A stretch of 64,000 nt of DNA from a virus, in the IMG/VR virus record IMGVR_UViG_3300022188_000006, positions 92,276 through 156,275 of that record, one strand, 5' to 3'. The notes beneath the pieces are model-generated. The model ran no database searches. It was given only the letters and a program-made list of their open reading frames with translations, and was not told the DNA's origin. Below, piece by piece: positions 47,085 through 56,647 of the stretch; position 1 is the first letter of the stretch; each line of letters starts with the position of its first letter. A program made the translations under genes and the position numbers.

Positions 47085-48415
47085 CAGATGCCCTCACTGT
47101 AGTTCGTGTCCCTAGCGCGATCTGCAGCCGTGAACCTTCTGGCTCGTTCCTTCTGCGCCTCAATCTTGGAGACGCCACCGTTCTTCACCCAAAAGTATAC
47201 CTGGTCCTTGATGGCATCTACTAGGCCCAGCGTCGGCACCTCCATGCCCCGTGCGCGGAAGTTCACCGCCTTGATGTCGTCCCAGTTGTCGCAAACGAAC
47301 TCCATCATTGCCACGGCCAGGTCGTAGTTCTTCCCGGAGTAGTTGTAGATGTTCTTGAGGTGCCCGAAATCGGCGCCCACTGGCCGTTCCATAGGTATAG
47401 CGTGCCCCGTCAGGATGCGCATCGCCTGCTTCCACTTCTCCCACATGTGCCAGATGTACCTCTTGCTGCTGCTCTTTTTCTTCTGTGGCCTCTTCCTCGC
47501 GTCCTCTGCCGCGCGCTTGCTTCCGCCTATGCGAGCCGTCTGCGGCCTCTGTACAGTTGACTCAACGCGACCCGGAGGTTTTCTCAACTCCATTCCGATC
47601 TCCCCGACTTCATCTGGACAGGTGTCCAGCGTGTCATTTTGACCCGGTGCGACTTTATGTCTTAGTTCCCCAGCGGAAAAAATCTGTCTCGGACTTTCAC
47701 TCTGTATCGTCTGTGTTTGCTGTGTGCGTCTAACCTTCGATCGGATCCTACGTCCTATGCGCTTGGCAAAAACTCCTAGGGTTATCAGTATCGCATTGAG
47801 TTCCTGCATCTGTGTCGGAGCTTGCTCCGACGCAGTGCAAACACGCGAAGCGTGTTTTCCAGTGGGTTCTCCTAATACATCCTCTCCTGCGGGTGTCACG
47901 CTTGTCACCCGGGGGTGACAGTCCTGTCTCCCTTGCTTTTCTCGCGGTTTTTGGGGGGTGACACCACTGTCACCCCTCTTTTCTGAAGAAAAATGGCCCT
48001 GATTTGCGCCCTTCACGCGGAGCGTCCGGCGACCTGCGGGCATCTGAGATTCGGCATATTTGGCGGCAGCTTCGATGTCCCGGAGCGGATTCCTCGAAGC
48101 AATGTCAGGATAAACAGTATTTACGTCTCGAAGAATAATGAGAGAAGTACTGTTAGAAATCCTGACTAAACCGAGTTTCCGTAGGTCGGAAATGTAACGC
48201 TGGACGCTGCGCCTAGAGCACTGCATCTCTTTGGCAAGGTCGGCGCGCTTGAGGAACACTCTGTTCTGGGTGCCAGCGTGGTCGCAGATGATTGAGTAAG
48301 CCATCTGGGCGCCGAAGGTAAGCCGCGGGTCGTAGAGGACCGGGCGCGGCACGGAAGAATAACGCAGGCCGGTCAATCTGCTTGCCGACCTGCCCAACCG
48401 CTTGCGCTTGTACAT
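47081..48415 (-). CDS. Replication initiator (N-terminal wHTH) containing the origin
   Basis: DPRLT...Y...LAKEMQCSRRSVQRYISDLRKLGLV; upstream of DnaC-like/DnaB; internal iterons. Confidence 0.75.
   Translation of the reverse strand: MYKRKRLGRSASRLTGLRYSSVPRPVLYDPRLTFGAQMAYSIICDHAGTQNRVFLKRADLAKEMQCSRRSVQRYISDLRKLGLVRISNSTSLIILRDVNTVYPDIASRNPLRDIEAAAKYAESQMPAGRRTLRVKGANQGHFSSEKRGDSGVTPQKPREKQGRQDCHPRVTSVTPAGEDVLGEPTGKHASRVCTASEQAPTQMQELNAILITLGVFAKRIGRRIRSKVRRTQQTQTIQSESPRQIFSAGELRHKVAPGQNDTLDTCPDEVGEIGMELRKPPGRVESTVQRPQTARIGGSKRAAEDARKRPQKKKSSSKRYIWHMWEKWKQAMRILTGHAIPMERPVGADFGHLKNIYNYSGKNYDLAVAMMEFVCDNWDDIKAVNFRARGMEVPTLGLVDAIKDQVYFWVKNGGVSKIEAQKERARRFTAADRARDTNYSEGIW
47891..47975. repeat. 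Three 20-bp palindromic iterons, putative origin of replication
   Basis: GGGTGTCA-cgct-TGTCACCC (47891), GGGTGACA-gtcc-TGTCTCCC (47913), GGGTGACA-ccac-TGTCACCC (47956). Confidence 0.8.
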
Positions 48416-48427
48416 GAATTCTCTCCC

Positions 48428-48736
48428 TTACGAATGATTGATGCGCTCGAAAAGAGCCTCGACAGTTGCCTGACAACCTTTGCAGACGCCGAGAGTTCCG
48501 CCGTGCGGACCGGATATCCGCAGCAGCATCACCGGGGTGGCTCCGCAAATAAAACAGAACGACGAGAGGTTACCTTTCAGGGGGCCTTCATAGGCATTGA
48601 AGGTGCCGCCACGGGAAGGGCCTCTACAGTCTACACCGCAAGATGTCTGACCAGCGGCAAGAGCCTTCGCCATATGTGCACAAAACGTACACGGAAAGGC
48701 GAGCCCCGGACAGACCAAGGGGAATTGCTCTGGCAT
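48428..48736 (-). CDS. Cys-rich hypothetical protein
   Basis: CTFC, CFIC, CKGC. Confidence 0.6.
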   Translation of the reverse strand: MPEQFPLVCPGLAFPCTFCAHMAKALAAGQTSCGVDCRGPSRGGTFNAYEGPLKGNLSSFCFICGATPVMLLRISGPHGGTLGVCKGCQATVEALFERINHS

Positions 48737-48750
48737 AACAACACCTGTAA

Positions 48751-48996
48751 TTAAACGACTACGTGCTTGTCCGGTATTCTGGTGATTTCTGGCTTGGTAA
48801 TCGTGAGTATTGTGAGATTGATCAGTCTCTGCGCCCGTTTTACCGAGTAAAGGAATGGGTCTGGTTCGTATGGAGGTGAGTAGTAGATGAAGTGCTTATT
48901 CAGTAACTGTTCGAGTTGTTTGTCTTCGCTTTCCCATCTGAACTCGCCATCGCGGCCAAAGAAACACAGGCTTGAGTCAATCTGAACGGCGACCAT
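48751..48996 (-). CDS. Small protein, putative immunity partner of the zincin
   Basis: TGATG coupling to 48996-50003; WESEDKQLEQLLN..YEPDP. Confidence 0.6.
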   Translation of the reverse strand: MVAVQIDSSLCFFGRDGEFRWESEDKQLEQLLNKHFIYYSPPYEPDPFLYSVKRAQRLINLTILTITKPEITRIPDKHVVV

Positions 48997-50003
48997 CACA
49001 GCCCCCTTATGCAGGAAATCACGAGGTCGAAGAACTCCGGGTCCTGCGAAGCAAACTCCTGCGGGTCATACATGAGTCGTTCCATGCCGCAGGAGAGCAC
49101 TTCCATGCCAGCTCCTTCTTCTGTGTCTCCTTCCGACTTGCCATACAATCTGCCTGTGTACTCGCGTCCGCCCTTTTCTACCCATTTGTCCGGTTTGTAT
49201 CTGTATTTTCCAATTAGCGGTGATGTTTCCTCTATGACCTCGTCGTCTTTGGTCCTTTCATGGAAGAAGCGCTCAACAGCGTCTCTGATAGCTTTGTTCT
49301 GATGCCATAAGTGGTGCATGTACTCGTGATAAAGGTCATCTTCGGTTTTGTCTATGGTGGCCTCCTTGGCGTAGGCTAGCAATATGACCGGTCCCTCGTA
49401 ATCCACTGGATCATTGCGTGTCCCTCGTTTTCCCCGAGCGTCGTACAGGCTGAACCTGTCTACGTCAATACTGACCGGTTTTGTCTCCAACTGGGAGAAA
49501 ACATCTGCGGAGATCATCCTGGAAAGCGTTTCCATAGCAGGCGCAATTTTTGCCATCCTAGCTTTCGCCAATTCAGGATTGGGCAACCACTCGTGCCGCA
49601 ACTTGATGGCATCGCTGAGTGGTTTTCGCTCCAATTTGGCCGGGTCCCTCACGGAAAGGCTGGCTACTAGGCGCCTTCTTCTCAAAGCGTCTGCTGCTTG
49701 GAACTCTGCAGCGGCTTGAAGGGCAGTCACACTGTCAACCTTTCCTGCGGCTTGTCCCTCAGAAGCACGTTCGTAGTTTTCCTTTGCCTGGCGGTACTCG
49801 GCAACTTCCTCTGGTGTCATATAATTCGCGAGGTCAGAAGCGAAATCCAGGAAATGCTCCCGGACCTGGGAAGGAGATTGTATCTTCTTGGCAGTTGCTT
49901 CGGAAACGCGCGTCCAGCCGGTATCGGTGCGGACCCATGGCTCGGGTTTCCCGCCGGGGCCAGTCTTCCAGTTTCTGATTTCGCCTACACGAGCCGGTTT
50001 CAC
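48996..50003 (-). CDS. Zincin-like metallopeptidase with N-terminal VGE hairpin motif
   Basis: HEYMHH; EVLSCGME; YTGRLY; N-terminus ARVGEIRNWK..WVRTDTGW. Confidence 0.75.
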   Translation of the reverse strand: MKPARVGEIRNWKTGPGGKPEPWVRTDTGWTRVSEATAKKIQSPSQVREHFLDFASDLANYMTPEEVAEYRQAKENYERASEGQAAGKVDSVTALQAAAEFQAADALRRRRLVASLSVRDPAKLERKPLSDAIKLRHEWLPNPELAKARMAKIAPAMETLSRMISADVFSQLETKPVSIDVDRFSLYDARGKRGTRNDPVDYEGPVILLAYAKEATIDKTEDDLYHEYMHHLWHQNKAIRDAVERFFHERTKDDEVIEETSPLIGKYRYKPDKWVEKGGREYTGRLYGKSEGDTEEGAGMEVLSCGMERLMYDPQEFASQDPEFFDLVISCIRGL

Positions 50004-51124
50004 GCGGCACTCGCCTCCGCAAGAAGAGCTTCGGCCAGGGTCGGCCGTTCCCAGGAATAGAACCCGGGATGACCGAAGTGCCCATAGACCGAGGTATCAT
50101 AGTAGATGGGCTTGCGCAAATCAAGACACTTGATAATCCCGGTAGGGCTGAGGTCAACCATCTCCGGAAGAACGCGGGAAAGTATGGAATCCATCTCGCG
50201 TCCGGCGTCGGTCTTCACAAAAACGGACAGGGGCCGCTCGACGCCAATCGCATAGGAAAGTTGAACTTCGCACTCCCCTGCGAGTCCTGCAGCGACAACA
50301 TTGAGGGCCAGCCAGCGGGCCATGTAGGCGGCGGACCTGTCGACCTTTGTGGGGTCCTTGCCGGAAAATGCGCCACCACCATGGCGCGCCCAGCCACCAT
50401 AGGTGTCGACGATGATCTTCCGACCTGTCAGCCCGCAGTCACCAGCAGGCCCACCAATAACGAACTTGCCGGTTGGATTGATGAGAACCCTCTTCGGCTG
50501 GAAGTAATCCTGGAAGACCTGGTCTATGACGGGCTGCAGCAGGTCGGGAACGTGCTTGGTAAGATCGGGATGATGTTGGACGCTGACGAGCAAACTCTCC
50601 ACCGAGACGGGGTGATTATCATCGTCGTAGGCAACGATAATCTGGACCTTGCCATCGGGCCAGATGCCATGAATGTCCGCTTGGTCAATGGCCCGACAAA
50701 GACGCTGGCAGAGGTAAATGGGCAGCGGCATGTAAGCGGTCGTCTGGTTGGTCGCGTAACCGAACATGAGGCCCTGATCGCCAGCTCCACCGGCATCAAC
50801 CCCCTGAGCAATGTCTCTGGACTGGGCGACCAACTTCGACGCTACGGGAAGCGTCTCCGGGTCCATTCCATAGCTTGCTTCGGTATACCCGGCGTCGGAA
50901 AGAACGGAATGAACAACGACGGCGGGGTCGACTTTTCCTGCGGAAGTGACTTCTCCGGCGACAACGGCCAGATGGCCGGTGATCATGGTTTCGCAGGCTA
51001 CTCTGGACAGCGGATCCTGCTCAAGGAGAGCATCCAGGACACCATCGGAAATGGAATCGGCCAGCTTGTCCGGATGACCGCGACGCACACACTCTGAAGC
51101 AAACAGAAAGCCATTGTTATTCAT
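50000..51124 (-). CDS. metK: S-adenosylmethionine synthetase
   Basis: GHPDK, GAGDQG, DGK, GLTGRKIIVDTYGG, GGGAFSGKDPTKVDRS; start ATG 51124. Confidence 0.97.
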   Translation of the reverse strand: MNNNGFLFASECVRRGHPDKLADSISDGVLDALLEQDPLSRVACETMITGHLAVVAGEVTSAGKVDPAVVVHSVLSDAGYTEASYGMDPETLPVASKLVAQSRDIAQGVDAGGAGDQGLMFGYATNQTTAYMPLPIYLCQRLCRAIDQADIHGIWPDGKVQIIVAYDDDNHPVSVESLLVSVQHHPDLTKHVPDLLQPVIDQVFQDYFQPKRVLINPTGKFVIGGPAGDCGLTGRKIIVDTYGGWARHGGGAFSGKDPTKVDRSAAYMARWLALNVVAAGLAGECEVQLSYAIGVERPLSVFVKTDAGREMDSILSRVLPEMVDLSPTGIIKCLDLRKPIYYDTSVYGHFGHPGFYSWERPTLAEALLAEASAA

Positions 51125-51392
51125 TGCCTTGCTCCTTGTTTTTGTGCTCAACACCGTCCGGGCCAACGATGTCGAACATCTTCTGCTCGTCGTAATCAGG
51201 TTTGCGTTTCTTGAACTCCTCGTAGGCCCACTGGACGAAGCGGTAGAGCACTCGCGGGCGACTGGTGCCCAGGAAACGGGCGACAGCAGAAATAATGACG
51301 TAAGTTTCTGCATCGACGTTGAGGGTGCGATTCCGATATCGCTTCGGAGCGCGCAATAACTCGTCGAGGTGATCCGTGTGTTGTTCGGTCAT
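51117..51392 (-). CDS. Small ribbon-helix-helix-like protein
   Basis: RTLNVDAETY..IS..A..LG.SR..VL; RBS GAAAGG. Confidence 0.5.
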   Translation of the reverse strand: MTEQHTDHLDELLRAPKRYRNRTLNVDAETYVIISAVARFLGTSRPRVLYRFVQWAYEEFKKRKPDYDEQKMFDIVGPDGVEHKNKEQGNE

Positions 51393-51406
51393 GGCAGTTG
51401 TTCCTT

Positions 51407-52699
51407 TCATACTACTAAACCTAAGCGCGGAAGAAGCTTTTCTACAATGTACTCTTCCTGTTTTTTTGAGCGGTTGTCGACAAAGAATCCACAGGCAGCC
51501 AAAAACGCCTGGACAGCCGTGGTCCGCGCCGAGGTACACTCGTTTGCGGGAAGATAAAGGAAAAGCTCTGACTTCAAGTTGGAGAAGAGAAGCGGTGGAT
51601 GGTTGGTGTTGGAGAAGAACATGACCTCCATAATGTCCAGTCCGAAGATCTCTTGCAGAACAGTTTTCGCCTGCTTCGCAAGACCGCGCCGGTACTCAGT
51701 GAGCGGTTCGAGAGCAAGATCCGACTTTGCGGCGTAGCCGAGTGCATCCTCGGACGGAATACCGTCTTTGGCGAGCATCTCCGAAAGCTTGTCAGGAAGA
51801 CGAACGGGGGTCCGTCCAGACGCCTTCACAGACTGGGCGACGTTTTCCGACGGATTGAAGCAGAGCATGCCATCAGGAAAGGCTTCATCAAACGCTTCTC
51901 GCCACTTCTGAACGACCGACTTATTCCAGTCGTGGTAATACAAATCGCGCTCAATAAGCTTCTCCTGCGTGTTGGTGACGGCTTTGATAAACTCTACACG
52001 TCTTTCTAGGCTGCAGGTAGCCAAAAGCTCGGCTATGGCCCAGCGAATGTCTGAGACCGTAGCGGTCCTTGACTCTGTGAGGTTTAAGTCGAAGAGGTCG
52101 TAGTCATACAGAGAGGACACAGGAAGCTCGGTCACAAAGATTCCCTGTTTGTAGATGCGACACTTTTCGCCGAGTCTGGAATAAATGCGACCGGTGCCGG
52201 TTTCCTCGATCAGGCCGGTGGAGCGGATGTAGTATTCCAGGTTGTCGACGACCTGCCGGAGGCGGGGAGTAATCTGGATAAAAACGCGCGAGCACCCAGG
52301 CTCACCTACCGGATCTTCGTCTGCTAGGCGAAGGACGTGGGATCCCTCATCAGCGGCATTCGCGAAGAACTCGCGGAGGATAAGCCAGTGGTCGTTCCAG
52401 TCGTGCTTACCGAAATCGGTAGTAATTGAAGTTGGAATCACTTCGTCTTCGACGAGAACGTCAATTCGCTGTGTACGCCTGCCACGAAACTCAGTCGGTA
52501 TCTGGCAAAACTCAATCCTCTTAGTGCCAGAAAAGACCACAACTTCAACTCCTTCGCGTGCTGCCAAAGCGACAGAGTAGTTGAGCCCGCTGCCAAACAT
52601 ACCGATTGGATCATCGATCTCCTTGACGCTTATGCCTAAAAGGCTGAAGGCGCGCGGGTCGATTTCACCAGCATTCTGAATAAGCACCCACTTGGACAC
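51407..52699 (-). CDS. GHKL (HATPase_c)-like protein with permuted motif order
   Basis: IQNAG, IGMFGSG, then ILREFFANAAD. Confidence 0.7.
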   Translation of the reverse strand: MSKWVLIQNAGEIDPRAFSLLGISVKEIDDPIGMFGSGLNYSVALAAREGVEVVVFSGTKRIEFCQIPTEFRGRRTQRIDVLVEDEVIPTSITTDFGKHDWNDHWLILREFFANAADEGSHVLRLADEDPVGEPGCSRVFIQITPRLRQVVDNLEYYIRSTGLIEETGTGRIYSRLGEKCRIYKQGIFVTELPVSSLYDYDLFDLNLTESRTATVSDIRWAIAELLATCSLERRVEFIKAVTNTQEKLIERDLYYHDWNKSVVQKWREAFDEAFPDGMLCFNPSENVAQSVKASGRTPVRLPDKLSEMLAKDGIPSEDALGYAAKSDLALEPLTEYRRGLAKQAKTVLQEIFGLDIMEVMFFSNTNHPPLLFSNLKSELFLYLPANECTSARTTAVQAFLAACGFFVDNRSKKQEEYIVEKLLPRLGLVV

Positions 52700-52703
52700 G
52701 GAA

Positions 52704-52752
52704 ATCTCCTGTAGAAGTTCCTGTTTTCTACACTAAACTTCCGACAGGAGAT
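52704..52752 (-). promoter_or_regulatory. RBS-sequestering hairpin
   Basis: ATCTCCTGT(CG)GAAGTT ... AACTTC(T)ACAGGAGAT covers the AGGAG of the GHKL gene. Confidence 0.5.
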
Positions 52753-52755
52753 GTT

Positions 52756-55608
52756 TCAACCTGATTGCTTGAGAAGCCATTCCTGTTGGGGAGATTCGGC
52801 ATCACCGTAAATCACGGTTGGGAGCTTCGTAAAGGCCACCTCGCCAGGCCAACGGCTGCAGAATTCCCAGTCGTGGGCGTAACCAACTTCTTCCCGAGAC
52901 TTCCACCAGCCAGACGTAAGCACGATGTGTTTCCTGTGTAGCATACAGCTCGTATCGACCTGGCCACGCTCTTTCCTTTTGAATATCAGCGGAACGGAGT
53001 TTGACTCTAATTCCATGGAAGAAATGACGCCGGAGGTTGCTGGGGAGAGAAGGGAAACCAGCGAAGACAGATGGTTAGGCTTCCAGCGGTTGTCATCATC
53101 GAGGTAAGCGATCAGTGGAAATCTGGAGGCAGCAATGCCGACGTTCCGCGGGTAAGCACCACCAGCACCATGATTGGTGTCAAGAGAAATAACCCACAGC
53201 AGTAAGCGGAGAGAATCGGGAATCTGAATAAGCGTCTCCGGAACCGGCCCTCCGTCATTGACAACAAGAACTTCGAAGGGGAAATAGTCCTGAGCCAAAG
53301 CCGACTCAAGAGCCTTTAGAAGCTTCTGTGGTCTGTTGTGGGTAGGAATGACCACAGAAACTCCGGGGCCAAAATGAACCTGCGGTATAAGGTGGTTGCG
53401 CGGATGCCGGTAGGTAAAAACAGGGAAACCATCAAGGAGCAAATCCGAGTGATCACAGCCAAGTTCATTGTACCAGATTGCGTTTCGGTCGCGCCGGGCC
53501 TGATCGTGAGCCGAAAGATCGTGGAGGATGAAAATGTCGTCCTTGATGAGAATCTGTCTTTCGCCTCCTATCAGTTTTTCGTGGACCGGAAGCTTCCAGC
53601 GGAGCGCGTTTGTCATGCGGAAAAGATAAGGTTTTGGCACCCACTCCTTGTCATCGCTGTCCTTGAGGCGGAGGTGCAGAACGTCATATGGAAAGCAGTC
53701 GCTGATCTCTACCAGTCTGGAAAGAATCTCTTGCGGAGGAATCTCGTCTGGATCCTGCATGACCACCATATCACCTGGCTTAGCGAAGACAGAAAGGGCA
53801 GCGTTGCGCTGTTCTGCGAAGTTAGTGAACTTTCGCTCGGAATAATAAACGCCGTTGGCAGAAGCCCACTCCTTGGTTCCATCCGTAGAACCGGAATCAA
53901 GGATACAAATAGAATCGACCCCGGCTTCCCTGTACATGGGAACAATCCGTTCCAGCTGTGGCCGTTCATTCAAGGTGATCATGATGAGACTTAGCCGGTG
54001 TCTGAGTGCAGGAACGGCAGGAACAGAGGCTTTCTTGTTGTCTGATATGCAAGGAACAAAGCTCTCCATCACAACCTCTGTCTGCGGCTGAATCTTCTTG
54101 AGGTAAGCTGCCAAGGAACACAGCGGATCATGAAACCAACAGGGCAGATAGTCGATAGACGCATCCGGCGGGAGATAAACAAGCGACGGATTGTCAGCAG
54201 CCGATGCCTGAAAAACGATGGGCTTGTCGGAGCAGCGCGCAAAAATGTCCTGGAAGGAATTACCAGAGATAGGAATTTTGAGAGAGGGGTGCACGATCAG
54301 AGTGGCCTCGGTGGTTCCAGCAAGCAGGAGGCGTAGAAGGTCAGCCATCGAAGGTTGGTCCGACTTGTCGAACTCTGGACAAGAAACACCGGCCGCTACC
54401 CTGCCGGTCCAAGATGAAATATACCCCAAAACAAGCGAACCTTCGGGGACTGGACAGCAGACGCGAATGTCTCGGTCAGTGCTGACCGAAACGACCGGCC
54501 GGTTGTTGGAACCAGAAAGGCGCTCAGAGTTTACACGCTCAAACTCGGTGCGATAGTGTTGGCGACCAAGAGCCAGATGGTCCTGGATTGCCTTGTTGCG
54601 GAGGAAGGTGGTATTTTTCCAGGAGTCATGGTAGCGATAGAGGTAGAGCATCTTGTCGAGGTGCAGACACTTCGAATACAGGAAGAACCGTGCAAAGAGA
54701 TCCCAGTCATCTGCCACAGGTAGATTCGGGTTGTAGCCGCCAAGTTCGCGGAAGATACTCGCGCGAAAAGCGCGGACATGGTTAGGCCCAACTGTAAGGA
54801 ACCAAGCGAACTGCTGATCAAAGCCATCCCCGAAGCGGTCATAAATGTTCGGATTCACAGCTTCTTTGTAGACCTTACCACGGTACTCGGTGTCGCGGTA
54901 CCGCTGGCGCCAGAAGTCGTCAGTGAACTGCTGCGGGCTGCCATCCGGAAAAAACGAGGCGCAGTTGCTGTAGACCATGCCAACGTCCGGGTTAGCCTGA
55001 AAGGCAGAGACAACCTCTTGCAGAGCATCGTCGGCGAGCATGTCATCGTGGTCCAGCTCAACAAGAAACTCACCGCGGGCCAGCCGGGTGGCCACGTCCT
55101 TGCTGTATCCAATCTTTCCCTGATGCGGCATGAGGAATGGCCGAACCCGAAAGTCTTCCTGGGCCAGACTCATGATACGCTCCGCGGTTCCATCTGTGCT
55201 TCCATCATCGACCACGCACCACTCCCAGTTCGAGTAGGTTTGCTCTCTGAGTGACTGGTAGGTGTCGCGGAGCAGGTCTCCAGTGTTGTAGGTACAGGTA
55301 TACACAGAAACGAGTGGGAAGTCAGCGTCGTGAGGATGAGGGGACCAGATGTTGAATGAGTAGCACTGCTCAACAGCTCGACAGACATCTTCCGAAGGGC
55401 TGTTCGGGGGAACGTCGATCCAGCGTTTCCTGAGGGCGAACGGTGCTCTGGAGAGAACAGAAGGCAAATTGCCGGAAGTAACAACGACATCCGGCCGAAA
55501 CCCGGCAACGTCAAGGAATATCCGGCGCGGGTCCTCGTTGACCATGGTGTCGTAGGGAAGATGAAAATCGCAGCCAACCAAAAGCACCTTGATACCGGAT
55601 ACAGACAT
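52756..55608 (-). CDS. Multidomain glycosyltransferase (three GT2/GT-A domains)
   Basis: VSVYTCTYN/VDDGS/LDHDD; LSLIMITLNE/LDSGSTD/QDPDE; VSVVIPTHNR/VNDG/YLDDD. Confidence 0.88.
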   Translation of the reverse strand: MSVSGIKVLLVGCDFHLPYDTMVNEDPRRIFLDVAGFRPDVVVTSGNLPSVLSRAPFALRKRWIDVPPNSPSEDVCRAVEQCYSFNIWSPHPHDADFPLVSVYTCTYNTGDLLRDTYQSLREQTYSNWEWCVVDDGSTDGTAERIMSLAQEDFRVRPFLMPHQGKIGYSKDVATRLARGEFLVELDHDDMLADDALQEVVSAFQANPDVGMVYSNCASFFPDGSPQQFTDDFWRQRYRDTEYRGKVYKEAVNPNIYDRFGDGFDQQFAWFLTVGPNHVRAFRASIFRELGGYNPNLPVADDWDLFARFFLYSKCLHLDKMLYLYRYHDSWKNTTFLRNKAIQDHLALGRQHYRTEFERVNSERLSGSNNRPVVSVSTDRDIRVCCPVPEGSLVLGYISSWTGRVAAGVSCPEFDKSDQPSMADLLRLLLAGTTEATLIVHPSLKIPISGNSFQDIFARCSDKPIVFQASAADNPSLVYLPPDASIDYLPCWFHDPLCSLAAYLKKIQPQTEVVMESFVPCISDNKKASVPAVPALRHRLSLIMITLNERPQLERIVPMYREAGVDSICILDSGSTDGTKEWASANGVYYSERKFTNFAEQRNAALSVFAKPGDMVVMQDPDEIPPQEILSRLVEISDCFPYDVLHLRLKDSDDKEWVPKPYLFRMTNALRWKLPVHEKLIGGERQILIKDDIFILHDLSAHDQARRDRNAIWYNELGCDHSDLLLDGFPVFTYRHPRNHLIPQVHFGPGVSVVIPTHNRPQKLLKALESALAQDYFPFEVLVVNDGGPVPETLIQIPDSLRLLLWVISLDTNHGAGGAYPRNVGIAASRFPLIAYLDDDNRWKPNHLSSLVSLLSPATSGVISSMELESNSVPLIFKRKERGQVDTSCMLHRKHIVLTSGWWKSREEVGYAHDWEFCSRWPGEVAFTKLPTVIYGDAESPQQEWLLKQSG

Positions 55609-55662
55609 TGTAGCCCTTTCAAAGAAGTCTTCGTTCCAGGTTAATTAGTTGGCACTCAAGAA

Positions 55663-56631
55663 CTAATCAGCAAACGAAGACAGCTTCGGGTATTGCTTCG
55701 GCAGCGCCTTCAGCCCGTCCACCCACAGAACGGGGACATTGGACGTAACGGCCGAGACAATCATCTTGAATACGGTCTGCCAGGTAACGTGTGGTGATGG
55801 CTCGAACACCAGCCAAGAGAACGGGTCAACGTTGAGTTCGATGTGCGACGAATCGCCGGGCTTGATGACCGCGACGCAATGAAACCGAACTGCGTATGCT
55901 GCCGTTTCCGCGCGCGTGGCATCCGTCTGGTGTGTAATGTCGAACAGAGCGAAGACGTTTTGCGGAGGCTCATCGACCTGCTGCATGGCAGGGAGATATG
56001 GACACAGGAAAACCCAGTCTGTCAGGCGGCCACAGAAGCCGAGAAAACCATCCAGATCCAGATCCTGGTTGTGCTCGACGTAGACCAGACAATCCGAAAG
56101 AGAAGAGGAAGGAGGCGAGGGTGCTGTGAAAGAGGTGTTGTCACGGAGGGTGTGTGACTTGCACAGCCAAGGCACCCACGGTCTGGGGTACTGGGGAGCA
56201 AAAGCCGGTTGGTGGTCGTTGGATTGTCTCGTCTGGTACGCTTCACGTTCCCGTAGAAGGTTTTGCAGTTGCGAAGCAGATGGCTTGTCCCCAAACCTTG
56301 TTCTCGCCTCCTCCCAAATTTCCTTTCGGATGTCCGGGTCTTTGATCTTGGTCAGCGGGCGCACCTGGCCTTCGCTGACCGGGTCGCCGTCTAGCTCCTC
56401 TGCGACTTTAGCAGAAGCAATGAGGCGATACGCATGCGCGCGCCCCATATTCCACCGCTGCTTGCAGTACTCCGAGAAAGTCTGGTACTGTTCCCGGTAA
56501 AGCTGCTGCTCCTTGATCTTCAAGAGGGCCGTACCGACCTCCACAAACGAGCGCATACCACGCCTGATCACGCCTTCGTAACGGCGCAGTTCGGCACGTT
56601 CGGTGGTGGTGAGTCCGTTACGTTCGCTCAA
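55663..56631 (-). CDS. DNA-binding-like N-terminus + degenerate Gp37Gp68 (DUF5131)-like C-terminus
   Basis: EVGTALLKI...LYREQYQTFSEYC; C-terminal similarity weak. Confidence 0.55.
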   Translation of the reverse strand: MSERNGLTTTERAELRRYEGVIRRGMRSFVEVGTALLKIKEQQLYREQYQTFSEYCKQRWNMGRAHAYRLIASAKVAEELDGDPVSEGQVRPLTKIKDPDIRKEIWEEARTRFGDKPSASQLQNLLREREAYQTRQSNDHQPAFAPQYPRPWVPWLCKSHTLRDNTSFTAPSPPSSSLSDCLVYVEHNQDLDLDGFLGFCGRLTDWVFLCPYLPAMQQVDEPPQNVFALFDITHQTDATRAETAAYAVRFHCVAVIKPGDSSHIELNVDPFSWLVFEPSPHVTWQTVFKMIVSAVTSNVPVLWVDGLKALPKQYPKLSSFAD

Positions 56632-56647
56632 TGTTAGCGTCCAGGTT

